DNA of 64,000 bases from an uncultured Actinomycetaceae bacterium (GTDB lineage: Bacteria > Actinomycetota > Actinomycetes > Actinomycetales > Actinomycetaceae): contig CAKAGS010000004.1 in the NCBI GenBank assembly GCA_916438945.1, positions 459,232-523,231 of the forward strand, in the 5' to 3' direction. Made by a program: the position numbers and the translations under genes. Of this stretch, positions 41,603-53,058 are shown piece after piece. The stretch's first letter is position 1, and the number at the start of each line of letters is the position of its first letter. The notes beneath the pieces were generated by a model. That model saw only the letters and a list, made by a program, of their open reading frames with translations. It ran no database searches and was not told the DNA's origin.

Positions 41603-41707
41603 GTGAGCAGCTCCTTTGCGGGGTTGTGAGTTTTCGCACCCCTAGGATAGCGCGGGCGGGAGCAGCCCATCGACTGCTCCCGCCCGTCCCGAACGCTCTA
41701 CCTGCGA

Positions 41708-43321
<1,614 letters not shown>

Positions 43322-43331
43322 TCAGAGATCG

Positions 43332-44607
43332 TCAGGAGGGCGCGCTCTGGGTGGCCTGGGAGGCGTAGCGGGCGGCGGTCGCGCCGGTGACTGTGAGATG
43401 GATCGGGGCGGCGCCTCGTGCCAGCATGCGGGCGGCGGTGAGGGCGTCGGGGCGCCCCTCCCATACGAGCATGGAGACGGAGCCGTCGGGGGCGACCTCG
43501 TGGATCCAGCGGCCCATTCCGGCGCGCGCGTGGGAGTCGGCCCATGCGATGGCGCGGGCGTAGTCGACGGCGAGTTCCTCAGCGCGCGAGGGGTCCACGA
43601 CCTCGGCGAGGACGCGGGCGGCGCTGGCGGCTCGCACACGACCCAGTGCATGTGTTGGGGGACCGCGACAACGCCGGCGGGGTCGAGGGTGTAGACGATG
43701 CCGCCCACGCCCTCGTCCGTCCAGCCGTCGGCCAGGGCACGATCGTAGAGGGCCGTCGCGGTGTCGATCATCCAGGGGCCGGGTTTTTCGCCCATGTGGG
43801 TGAGGATCGCATAGACCTGCCCGATGAGGCGGGCGGCCTTAAATCCGAGGCCGGGGAGCGTATCGCCGGGTCTGATGAGCTCGACGGGGGCCTGGTCGCA
43901 GGAGGCGGGCAGGGGGCGCCATTCTTCGTCGTAGAGGTCGGGCAGGGCGAAGCCGCTGCGCGCGGCGATCTCTCCGACGAGGCGCAGGATCGAGCGCGCG
44001 CGGTCGAACCAGACGCGCTCCCCCCGTCGCTTCCCAGGCTGCCAGGTAGGCCTGGGCGGTATCGAGGTTGGTGGAGAGGCGACGCAGGGGCGAGCGAACG
44101 CCAGCCTGGGCCTCGATCTCCTCGCGCACGGCGCCGGCGCACGGGTCCCACCAGCGCTGATCTTGGTCCGCTTCGAGGTCGGCGAGCAGGTCGCGCGCGG
44201 CCCCGTGCCCGACCATGGCGGCAGCAGCGGCCGCACCGATCATCGCTGACTGGGCCCGCTGGGAAAAGACCGCGCGAGGAACGGGGGTGGCGCTGTGCTC
44301 TGACGTGGGCACGACCTCGGCGTACCAGGAGCCGTTCGGTGCGCGCAGGGGACCGGCGAGGGCTGCGAGGCCATGGTCGACGAGGTGAGCGGCCCCCTCA
44401 ATGCCTCGCATCTGCGCGAGCGCAAAGACGTGGGTCATGCGCGCGCTGATGCGCGCGTCGAGGGGGACGGCCGAGGTCCACCTGACCGTCGGCACGCAGG
44501 AAGGCGAAACCGACCCGCGCCTTCGACCGGGAAGCAAAGGCGACGAGCGCGTCAAAATCGGCATCAAAAGCGCGGCGCAGATCTTCGTTGTTCCAGGGGG
44601 CGTTCAT
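43332..44607 (-). CDS. AGE/YihS-family sugar epimerase; several frameshifts
   Basis: ARMTHVFAL, LVDHG, DGW..GGIVYTLD, MHWVVCE and GRWIHE are spread over ORFs 44398.., 43839.., 43322.. and 43332.. Confidence 0.7.
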
Positions 44608-44724
44608 GACTGTTCTCCTGCCGGTACGTGCCTTCACGGTATCACCTGTCCAGGTTCCGCGGGCGGAGGTGGGGGCCTCGTGCGCGCAGTTGAGCGGGCG
44701 ATTGGGACCGATCCGCCACAGTCG

Positions 44725-45645
44725 TCAGGAGCGGCCGACCAACTGCAGATCTGCCTGGGGAGCCAAGAGAGCGAGAACCTCCTCGACACAGGCGCTGATG
44801 GTACGCACGCGCTGGACGAGGGGCGAGAGGACCTCGGGGGCGTCTGAACCCACCATGATCATGGGGACGCCGTAGCGGGCAACAAGGTTTTCGACGGTCT
44901 GCGCGCAGGAGGACCCACAGCCGAGGACGACGGTGAGCGCAGGCACGCCGGCGCGCACGTATTCACGGAAGCGTTCGGCGGTGCTGACACCGCCGTAGTT
45001 TTCACTGGACAGCATGCGCACGTCGCACCCGTACCAGGCCAGAGCGACGCCGACGACCTGCGCGGGCGTCTCGTGCAGGGCATCGCTGATGATCGCGATG
45101 CGGTCCCCGCCGATGAGGGCGCGCGTGGGACGCGACTGGTAGACGGAGCGGCACACGCGCTGGAAGGCGTTGGCCAGCATGAGGGCGGGTGCGCTACCGA
45201 CGGGTTCGCCGCCCGGATCGGAACGCAGGGATTTGAGGGTGGGTTCGACGAAGCGCGACCACGTATGGACGAGGCCGTGGCTGGCGACGGCGGCCTCGAT
45301 CACTTCTTCGAGGCGATGGTAGTCGTCGGAGAGGGCGACGGCGCGCAGCTGGGCAGCGTTCGCCGGGCCTCGACGGGGAAGGAGCGTGCTTTCTGCGAGG
45401 GCACGCTTGGCGGCTTCGGCGGCGGACATGCCGGCGCGCACGTGGTGGATCATGGCGCGCAGACGGTCAACGTCCTCGGGCTGGTAGCGACGTCGCTCGC
45501 CAGTCTCGCGCTGCGCAGGGCCGAGGCCGTAGCGCCGTTCCCAGGTGCGCAGGGTGGAGGGGGATACTCCTAGTTCATCGGACACGGAGGACACGGTGCG
45601 GGAGCGGTCGGTGTGCGCCGACTGCGCCAGTATGGCTCGTGGCAT
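44725..45645 (-). CDS. MerR-family regulator with a CarH/LitR-like C-terminal region
   Basis: LGVSPSTLRTWERRYGL..RRY...DV.RL. Cobalamin-binding motifs look degenerate. Confidence 0.8.
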   Translation of the reverse strand: MPRAILAQSAHTDRSRTVSSVSDELGVSPSTLRTWERRYGLGPAQRETGERRRYQPEDVDRLRAMIHHVRAGMSAAEAAKRALAESTLLPRRGPANAAQLRAVALSDDYHRLEEVIEAAVASHGLVHTWSRFVEPTLKSLRSDPGGEPVGSAPALMLANAFQRVCRSVYQSRPTRALIGGDRIAIISDALHETPAQVVGVALAWYGCDVRMLSSENYGGVSTAERFREYVRAGVPALTVVLGCGSSCAQTVENLVARYGVPMIMVGSDAPEVLSPLVQRVRTISACVEEVLALLAPQADLQLVGRS

Positions 45646-45937
45646 GTCCACTCCCTCCGGTCCTCGTCCCTACCTTGCTCTGATTCTTGCGTGTTCGCGG
45701 CGCGCACGCCACAGGAAGGGACAGGAGACTCACGATCAAGTTGTTCACAAAGTTATTCACAATCTGTTCACTCTGAGCACCACGCATTTCTCCACGTTTT
45801 AACAGTACGGGCACACACGATCTGAGAACTGGATCATAATTCGAGAAAGATCCTTGAATAACTACCGCACAAGTGTCTATTCTTGCCGACATCGTGTGCC
45901 GAAAATGTCGGCACGACAGACATGAAGGAGGCACCCA

Positions 45938-46234
45938 ATGACTGACGTCTCCCGTCTGCCCGGACCCATGATCGACGCGTGGGAATGGCAGTACGAAGCG
46001 GCGTGCCGAGACCTGGACACCGAGCTGTTCTTCCACCCCGAGGGTGAGCGCGGCTCCACGCGCCGGCGCCGCGCAGCGAACGCCAAGGCGATCTGCGCGA
46101 CCTGCCCGGTAATCGAGCAGTGCCGGTCCTACGCTCTGGCCGCTCAGGAGCCCTATGGCATCTGGGGTGGAATGACCGAAGAAGAACGACGCGAAGAGAT
46201 CCGCTCCTCCGGACGCGGCCGCCGCGTCTCCTAA
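45938..46234 (+). CDS. WhiB-family Fe-S regulator (WhiB3/WhiD-like)
   Basis: RLPGP..WEWQ..AAC, FFHPEGERG, C..CPV...C, EPYGIWGG. Confidence 0.93.
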   Translation: MTDVSRLPGPMIDAWEWQYEAACRDLDTELFFHPEGERGSTRRRRAANAKAICATCPVIEQCRSYALAAQEPYGIWGGMTEEERREEIRSSGRGRRVS

Positions 46235-46323
46235 CGCGCATCCATTTTCCGGTGCGGCATCGCCACCGCGATGCCGCACCTTTTTACTGCCCATCCATTC
46301 GCCACCAGCACCCGGGAGCTCGC

Positions 46324-47136
46324 ATGACCAGCAACGACACCGAGGCCTCGCACAAGAAGGCCGAGGACGCCCCCACCAACCCGTACAAGACCCTGTTCTT
46401 CGTCACCGCGCCGATCACCGCAATCCTTGCGGGCGCATGCGTGTGGATGGGCGTTCAGCTCTCCTCCACTTCTCCGGCGAGCCAGGCGACCCCTGCGGCC
46501 ACGCCGACCGCGGCGGCTCAAATGCCGCAGAACACCGAGACGGCGGCACCCAGCCAGACGAATCCGAGCAACCTGGAGATCATGAAGTCGTTCGTGCGTC
46601 ACGAGGCTGATGACCCGCAGGCGAAGGGCGACATCAATGCTCCCGTGACGATGGTTCTTTTCTCCGACTTCGCGTGCCCCTACTGCACGAAGTACGCCCA
46701 GGACATCGACCCGGCACTGGCCGACCTCGTCGCGGACGGCACCCTGCGCGTGGAGTGGTACGACTAGCCCAGATCACCGAGACCTCTCCCCTGGCAGCCC
46801 AGGCGGGCATCGCTGCGGGCGAGCAGGGCAAGTTCTGGGAGTTCCACGACGTGGTGTACTCGGCGGCCGACCCGACCGGTCACCCCCAGTACTCCGAGCA
46901 GGCCCTCGTCGACTTTGCGGCCAAGGCGGGCGTGCCCGACCTGGATAAGTTCCGCGAGACGATGCTCTCCGACCACACCGCCACCAAGGTGAAAGCCGCC
47001 AAAGGAGCGGGCTCACCAGAACGGCATCACCGGCACGCCCGCCATGTTCATCAACAAGGCGTACGTCAGCGGCTACCACGACGCCTCCTACATCCGCAAT
47101 ACGATCCTCGACCAGGCGGCGCAGGCCGCTTCCTGA
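46324..47136 (+). CDS. Membrane-anchored DsbA/thioredoxin-fold oxidoreductase; frameshifts near 46763 and 47005
   Basis: FSDFACPYC, AGEQGKFWEFHD, GITGTP. Confidence 0.82.
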
Positions 47137-47185
47137 CGCGAGGCCCCGCGCCGCGAGGATGCGTGGCACGGGAGACACAAACAAA

Positions 47186-47222
47186 AGGGGTGGCCCGGAA
47201 GGAATCCTTCCGGGCCACCCCT
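47186..47222 (-). terminator. groES terminator
   Basis: AGGGGTGGCCCGGAAGGA-A-TCCTTCCGGGCCACCCCT. Confidence 0.75.
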
Positions 47223-47245
47223 GTAGGGTTCAGCGTGCGAAGCGC

Positions 47246-47542
47246 TCAGCGCTCCACGACCGCCAGAACGTCACGCGAGGACAGGATCTGGAACTCCTGG
47301 CCGTCGTACTTGACCTCGGTGCCGCCGTAGCGCGAGTAGATGACGACGTCGCCGACCTTGACGTCGACGGGGATACGGTTACCGTTGTCGTCCACGCGGC
47401 CGGGGCCCACGGCGATAACTTCGCCTTCCTGCGGCTTCTCCTTGGCGGTGTCCGGAATGACCAGGCCGGAGGCGGTGGTCTGCTCGGCCTCAACCTGGCG
47501 GATGACGATGCGGTCCTCGAGGGGCTTGATGGAGATCGACAT
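47246..47542 (-). CDS. groES: Co-chaperonin GroES
   Basis: [30 protein letters not shown]. Confidence 0.98.
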   Translation of the reverse strand: MSISIKPLEDRIVIRQVEAEQTTASGLVIPDTAKEKPQEGEVIAVGPGRVDDNGNRIPVDVKVGDVVIYSRYGGTEVKYDGQEFQILSSRDVLAVVER

Positions 47543-47660
47543 TGTCGCTCCCTTTCTTCTTTGTCACGAAGGTGCTCGTCCTTTCCCTGCCGTCGCGGGG
47601 GTCAGGTGCAGGACCGGTCGCGGGTGTTCCCGCGCTTCCTCCACGAGTGTAGGCGCGGTC

Positions 47661-47687
47661 CTGGCACTCGGGCAAGCTGAGTGCCAG
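47661..47687. promoter_or_regulatory. CIRCE element (HrcA operator)
   Basis: CTGGCACTC-N9-GAGTGCCAG upstream of groES. Confidence 0.9.
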
Positions 47688-47774
47688 GCGCGTTCACCCA
47701 GGGCGAGACGCCGCCCGCGCTCCGACCGCGCACCCCACACGGCCTCGTCCCGCAAGAGATGGGACAATGACCGG

Positions 47775-49016
47775 GTGAGCGCCCTGACCCCCATTCTGTC
47801 CTCCCCCGGCTGGGAGCTGCTGGAGTCCCTGCAAGCGAAGCAGGCCGCCAACCCCATCCCGCTGCCCGAGCTCGGATCCGCCCTGCGCGCCGCCGGCCTC
47901 GACGCGGAGCTAGTGGTCGCAGTCCTCACCCAGCTGGCCCTACGCCAGGCCGCGAAAGCCAAGTTCGGCCCCTTCGCCTCCCACATGGTGTTCACTCGCG
48001 ACGGCCTCGAGCAGGCGACGCGCCTCGTCGTTGCAGCCCGCCACGCCCAGCGCTTCAGGGACTGCGGCGCGACGCGCGTCGCGGACCTTGGCTGCGGCAT
48101 CGGATCGGACGCCATGGCGATCGCCGGCCTCGGCATGAACGTGCTGGCGGTCGATATTGACCCCGACACCGCCGGTGCCGTGGCCGCGAACCTGCGGGCC
48201 TTCGAGGGGTCCGAGGTGCGCCTGGGCGACGTCACGGACCTCGACATGGACGAGCTGGCCGCCGAGGGCGTCGACGCGATCTTCGCAGACCCGGCCCGCC
48301 GCACGGGCGCCTCGCGCGGGTCGGCGCGCATCACGAACCCCGAGCAGTGGTCCCCTTCCCTCTCGCTCGCCCTCGGCTGGGCCTCCACGATCGAACGCGT
48401 CGGCATCAAGGTGGCGCCGGGCATCGCGTACGAGCACATCCCCTCCTCCTGGCATGCGCAGTGGGTGAGCGTGGGCGGCGACCTCGTCGAAGCCTCGCTC
48501 TGGTCCCCCGCGCTCTCCCCCGAGGGCCGCGGGCGCTCCTGCCTCCTCTTGGACGAGGCCGGGGCTGCCCATTCGCTCTCCACACCCGAGGGGTACGCGC
48601 CCAACGCCCCCGCGCCTCGCGTGGAGGTCGCACCCCTGGGCACGATGATCGCCGAGCCCGACGCCGCGGTGATCCGATCGGGCCTCCTGGGACGCCTCGC
48701 GGACGAGGTCGGCGCGGGCATCGTGTCCGACAAGATCGCCTACCTCACCGGGGACGACCTGCCCGATTCCCCCTTCTACGACCGCTTCGAGGTCCTCGCG
48801 GTGACCAACCTGCGAGCAAAGGCGATATCCGCCGAGCTGCGCACGCGCGGCGCGGGCAGCGTCGAAATCAAGAAGCGCGGAGCGGACATCAGCCCCGACG
48901 ACCTGCGCAAATCCTTGAAACTGGGCGGAGGCGACGAGCAGCTGACCGTCATCGCGACGCGCGTGGACGGGCGCCACCGCGCGATCATCTGCCGACGGTT
49001 GGCTAAAAACCTGTAA
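47775..49016 (+). CDS. SAM methyltransferase with THUMP-like C-terminus
   Basis: LEQATR, ADLGCGIGSD, DPARR, EPD.AVIRSGL, EIKKRG. Confidence 0.87.
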   Translation: MSALTPILSSPGWELLESLQAKQAANPIPLPELGSALRAAGLDAELVVAVLTQLALRQAAKAKFGPFASHMVFTRDGLEQATRLVVAARHAQRFRDCGATRVADLGCGIGSDAMAIAGLGMNVLAVDIDPDTAGAVAANLRAFEGSEVRLGDVTDLDMDELAAEGVDAIFADPARRTGASRGSARITNPEQWSPSLSLALGWASTIERVGIKVAPGIAYEHIPSSWHAQWVSVGGDLVEASLWSPALSPEGRGRSCLLLDEAGAAHSLSTPEGYAPNAPAPRVEVAPLGTMIAEPDAAVIRSGLLGRLADEVGAGIVSDKIAYLTGDDLPDSPFYDRFEVLAVTNLRAKAISAELRTRGAGSVEIKKRGADISPDDLRKSLKLGGGDEQLTVIATRVDGRHRAIICRRLAKNL

Positions 49017-49081
49017 GAAAGCTCTCCACCGACATCACGTGCCGCCCTGCCACAATGGAGGAAGCTAGCGAAAGGATCGAC

Positions 49082-50251
49082 ATGTCTTTGCCCTTCGGTT
49101 CCTCCCAGCGTTCCACGATCGGTGTCGAGTGGGAGCTCCAGCTCGTTGACCGCGACTCCCACGACCTGCGTCAGAGCGCGGATGCGATCATCGACCGCGC
49201 CACGACCGATGGGAAGCTCTACCCGGGCGTCCACCGCGAGATGCTGCTCAACACGATCGAGGTCGTGTCCAAGCCTCGCTCGACCGTCGCCGAGTGCATG
49301 GCGGACCTGATGGACTGCGTCGACTACCTGACGCCCCTGGCTTCGGACCTGCGCATCGACCTGGCGACCGCCGGCACGCACCCCTTCGCGCGACCGGGCC
49401 GCCAGCTCGTCACCGATTCCGACCGCTACGCGCAGCTGGTGGAGCGCACCGCCTACTGGGGACACCAGATGCTCCTGTACGGCGTCCACGTGCACGTCGG
49501 CGTCGAAGATCGCGCGAAGATCCTCCCGATCCAGGCCGCCCTCACCGCCCACCTGGGCCACCTGCAGGCCATCTCCGCGTCCTCCCCCTTCTGGGCGGGC
49601 GAAGACACCGGCTACGCCTCCAACCGCGCGATGGTCTTCCAGCAGCTGCCCACCGCCGGCATCCCGCGGCAGTTCGCGACGTGGGAGGATCTCGAGGCCT
49701 ACACGGACGACATGATCCGCACGGGCGTCATCGAGGGCTTCGACGAGGTCCGCTGGGACATCCGCCCCTCGCCGGCCTTCGGCACGATCGAGAACCGCGT
49801 GTACGACGCTGCGACGAACGCGACCGAGGTCGCCACCTTTGCGGCCTTCACCCACGTCCTCGTCGAGCATTTCTCGCGCCTGTACGACGCGGGCGAGCCT
49901 CTGCCGTCTCTGCCGGATTGGTTCGTCGCCGAAAACAAGTGGCGCTCGGCGCGTTACGGCATGGACGCGACCCTCATCGTCTCGCGCGACGGCACGACCG
50001 AGAGCGCGCGCGACGGCATCGCGCGACTAAAGGAAGAACTGGCCCCCGTGGCCGCCGACCTGAACTGCGCGCGCGAGTTCGCGGGCCTGGAGACGATCCT
50101 GACGATCGGCGCCTCCTACGAGCGCCAGCGCGCCGTCGCGGCGGCCGCGCGACCCGGCCAGGGCCTCGACGCGGTCGTGGACCTCATGCGCACCGAGATG
50201 AGTGCGGGACGTCCCCTGACTCTCGCCGAGTTCGCGACCCTGAACGCCTAA
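49082..50251 (+). CDS. Glutamate-cysteine ligase-like carboxylate-amine ligase (YbdK family)
   Basis: GVEWELQL, GVHVHVG, SASSPF, WDIRP, ENKWRSARYG. Confidence 0.9.
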   Translation: MSLPFGSSQRSTIGVEWELQLVDRDSHDLRQSADAIIDRATTDGKLYPGVHREMLLNTIEVVSKPRSTVAECMADLMDCVDYLTPLASDLRIDLATAGTHPFARPGRQLVTDSDRYAQLVERTAYWGHQMLLYGVHVHVGVEDRAKILPIQAALTAHLGHLQAISASSPFWAGEDTGYASNRAMVFQQLPTAGIPRQFATWEDLEAYTDDMIRTGVIEGFDEVRWDIRPSPAFGTIENRVYDAATNATEVATFAAFTHVLVEHFSRLYDAGEPLPSLPDWFVAENKWRSARYGMDATLIVSRDGTTESARDGIARLKEELAPVAADLNCAREFAGLETILTIGASYERQRAVAAAARPGQGLDAVVDLMRTEMSAGRPLTLAEFATLNA

Positions 50252-50397
50252 CTCCGTCACGCCAGTGCCCCACGCTCACCCGGGCGTGGGGCACTGTCGT
50301 CACCGCCACACACTCCCAGACAGTATTCAGGTGGCTCTCAGAACGCCGCCGTATCCTAAGTTCCGATAGAAAACTGACACTGAGAGGACACTCGCCC

Positions 50398-53058
50398 GTG
50401 GTGCAGGAAGCAACACAGTCACCCGATAGCGACAGCGCACCATCTCCGCTGGTCAGGATCATCTCCCCCATCGGGACGACCCTCCAGACCGTCTGGCTTC
50501 TCATCTCCTCGCTGACACGACTCACCGTCCGATGGCTCTCGCGCTGCCCAGCCACCGCCGTTCTCACCGTCGCGTTGACGATCACGTCGGCGTCCTACTG
50601 GGTCTGGCGCGATCAATTCACAGCCCTCGAGGCCACCCCGTCCAGCCCTCACTGGTGGTCGGTCCTCTCCTCCGTCGGCGCGGTTCCCGGCAATTTCGTC
50701 GCCACGGCCGTGCTCGGCATCGTCGTGATGATCATTGCGGGCGGCGCGGCCGAGAGGCACCTCGGCACACGCGCGTGGGTGGCCGCAGCTGCTGCCGGCC
50801 AGGTCGTCGGCGTCGCCGCCACGTGGCTAACCCTTCCCCTGCTCACCAGGGTGTTCTCCATGTGGGGGCAGACGATTGATGCGGGGAGCCTGTGGGGCAC
50901 GAGCCTCATCCTCGTCGCTCTCGTGGGCGCCGCAGCGCAGTCGCTGGCCTCGCACTGGCGCTGGCGCGCGCATTTCCTCCTCATCGGAATCCTCATCCTG
51001 TCGGCGGCGATCCTCGGATCGGCGATCTCGTATGCGCGCGTGTGGGCCCTCCTCGCGGGCATCATGGCCGCGCGCCTCGTCGGCGTGCGCGGGGAGCGCA
51101 GCGGGTCCAGAAGTGACATCACGATCGGACGCCAGCTCGCCTCCGTCGCCGCCCTATGCTGGGCGTGTGCGGCGGCGCTGACCGTTGTTTCTTCCGCCCC
51201 CGAGGGACCGCTCGCTCAGATGCGGTGGTCGCTGGGACCCGCGTGGTGGCTCGAGGGGCGCACGGGCGTCATCACGACTCTGCTGTGCCTGGCCCCCATC
51301 ACGCTCCAGCTGATCTTCGCCTACGGGCTACGCAAGGGCAGGCGCGCCGCCTACTTCGGCACTCTGATCCTCCAGCTGGTCCTCGGCCTGTCGACGGTCG
51401 CGTCGACGGGTGTCGCTCTCACCCAAGGCACCGACGAGAACGGGATGGCCAGGCCCGAGCTCGTCACCACGGCCTCACTTCTTCTCGTTCCGGTCATCCT
51501 CAACGCCGCCCTGTGCGTCATCACGTGGTGGGTGCGCCGTTCCTTCACGATCCACGCGGAGCCCTCCACGACCTCGACCCTGCTGCGGCGCTGGCTACTC
51601 CTCATGGTCGGCTGCGCGGGCGCGGTTCTTGTCCTCGGATTCCTCACGAGCGACTCGTTCGTCCCCCTCGAGGCACTTAATGCCGACGACCTGACCGTCA
51701 CCGACTACGCGACTCCCCTGCAGATCCTCCACGATTACACCCTCGCGCTGCTCCCTACGGCGACGGCCTCGATCTTCGAGCCGTCCCTGGTTCCGATGAC
51801 GCTCTTTGCGGAGGCACCCGTCCTGTGGGTCCCCCTCGTCGCTTGGATCGGCACCCTCGCCATCATCCTGAAAGCACTGCTCGCTCGGCCTCGTATCCCG
51901 CTGTCCTCGCCGCTCGAGAGCCTCACGCCGCTCCTGCGCGCCCACGGCGCGGGCACCCTCGGGTGGATGCAGACCTGGGAAGGCAACCAGGTGTGGGTGT
52001 CTCCTTCCGGCGAGGCCGGGGTCGCCTATCGCGGATCGGGAGGCGTCGCGCTGACGGTCACAGACCTGGCATACGCGCCGGGCACGGCCTCCGAAGCAAT
52101 CGCGCAGTTCTCGTCCTTCGCGTCCACCTCGGGACTGACCCCCGCGCTCTACTCGGTCCACGAGGAGCTCGCGCAGGCCGCTCGCGAGGAGGGCTGGACG
52201 ATCATGCAGGTCGCCGAGGAGTCCCTGCTGGACCTGCCCGGCCTCGCGTTCAAGGGCAAGGCCTACCAGGACGTGCGCACCGCCATGAACCACGCGACCC
52301 GCGAGGGCGTCGAGGCCGTGTGGACCACCTGGGAGGAGTGCCCGGCGGGCTGGCGCGACCAGATCACCGTCATCTCCGATTCGTGGAGCGCCGACAAGGC
52401 CCTGCCCGAGATGAGCTTTACGCTCGGCGGCGTGCCCGAACTCGCGGTCCCCGAAACGCGCATCCTGGTCGCCATCGACGAGGAGTCGACGATCCATGCC
52501 GTCACTTCGTGGCTTCCCATCTACCGCGACGGGCAGGTCATCGGTCTCACCCTGGACGTCATGCGTCGGCGCGCGACCGGGTGGCGTCCCGCGATCGAGT
52601 TCCTTATCGGCAAGGCCGCCCTGTCAGCGCAGGAAGAGGGGTTGGAAGTCCTGTCCCTGTCGGGTGCTCCCCTGTCGCGTTCGGCCGACGACACCTCGGC
52701 CTTTGGACCCCTCACCGACGCGCTAGCGGCCATCATGGAGCCGCTCTACGGCTTCACCTCGCTGCATGCGTTCAAGCGCAAGTTCAAGCCCCGCACGCAG
52801 TCCCTGTACCTGGCGGTGCCGGATCCGGCCTCCCTCGCGACAGTCGGACTGGCCATCTCGCACGCCTACGTGCCCCACGTGTCCCCCGCACAGACCCTCA
52901 CGCTCGTCGCCTCCGTCGCCGGGGGCCTCGCCAAACTCGCCGCAAAGGGCGTCGGCGACCTGCGATCGACCCGAGCAGCCTCCCGGGAGCGCGCGTCCGA
53001 TGAGGGCACGCTCGCTGCCACGGCCTCGTCCAATGGGAGCGGAAAGGAACATCGATGA
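50398..53058 (+). CDS. Membrane protein with MprF/LysX-like aminoacyltransferase domain (DUF2156)
   Basis: Many TM segments followed by FKGKAYQDVRTA, EMSFTLG, LDVMRR, LSLSGAPL, YGFTSL..FK.KF.P. Confidence 0.82.
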   Translation: MVQEATQSPDSDSAPSPLVRIISPIGTTLQTVWLLISSLTRLTVRWLSRCPATAVLTVALTITSASYWVWRDQFTALEATPSSPHWWSVLSSVGAVPGNFVATAVLGIVVMIIAGGAAERHLGTRAWVAAAAAGQVVGVAATWLTLPLLTRVFSMWGQTIDAGSLWGTSLILVALVGAAAQSLASHWRWRAHFLLIGILILSAAILGSAISYARVWALLAGIMAARLVGVRGERSGSRSDITIGRQLASVAALCWACAAALTVVSSAPEGPLAQMRWSLGPAWWLEGRTGVITTLLCLAPITLQLIFAYGLRKGRRAAYFGTLILQLVLGLSTVASTGVALTQGTDENGMARPELVTTASLLLVPVILNAALCVITWWVRRSFTIHAEPSTTSTLLRRWLLLMVGCAGAVLVLGFLTSDSFVPLEALNADDLTVTDYATPLQILHDYTLALLPTATASIFEPSLVPMTLFAEAPVLWVPLVAWIGTLAIILKALLARPRIPLSSPLESLTPLLRAHGAGTLGWMQTWEGNQVWVSPSGEAGVAYRGSGGVALTVTDLAYAPGTASEAIAQFSSFASTSGLTPALYSVHEELAQAAREEGWTIMQVAEESLLDLPGLAFKGKAYQDVRTAMNHATREGVEAVWTTWEECPAGWRDQITVISDSWSADKALPEMSFTLGGVPELAVPETRILVAIDEESTIHAVTSWLPIYRDGQVIGLTLDVMRRRATGWRPAIEFLIGKAALSAQEEGLEVLSLSGAPLSRSADDTSAFGPLTDALAAIMEPLYGFTSLHAFKRKFKPRTQSLYLAVPDPASLATVGLAISHAYVPHVSPAQTLTLVASVAGGLAKLAAKGVGDLRSTRAASRERASDEGTLAATASSNGSGKEHR

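Noticed and set aside
49294..50397. N-terminal ~370 aa of the 1254-aa ORF
   Set aside because: Out-of-frame overlap with the ligase gene. The plausible start is GTG 50398/50401 after GAGAGGA.
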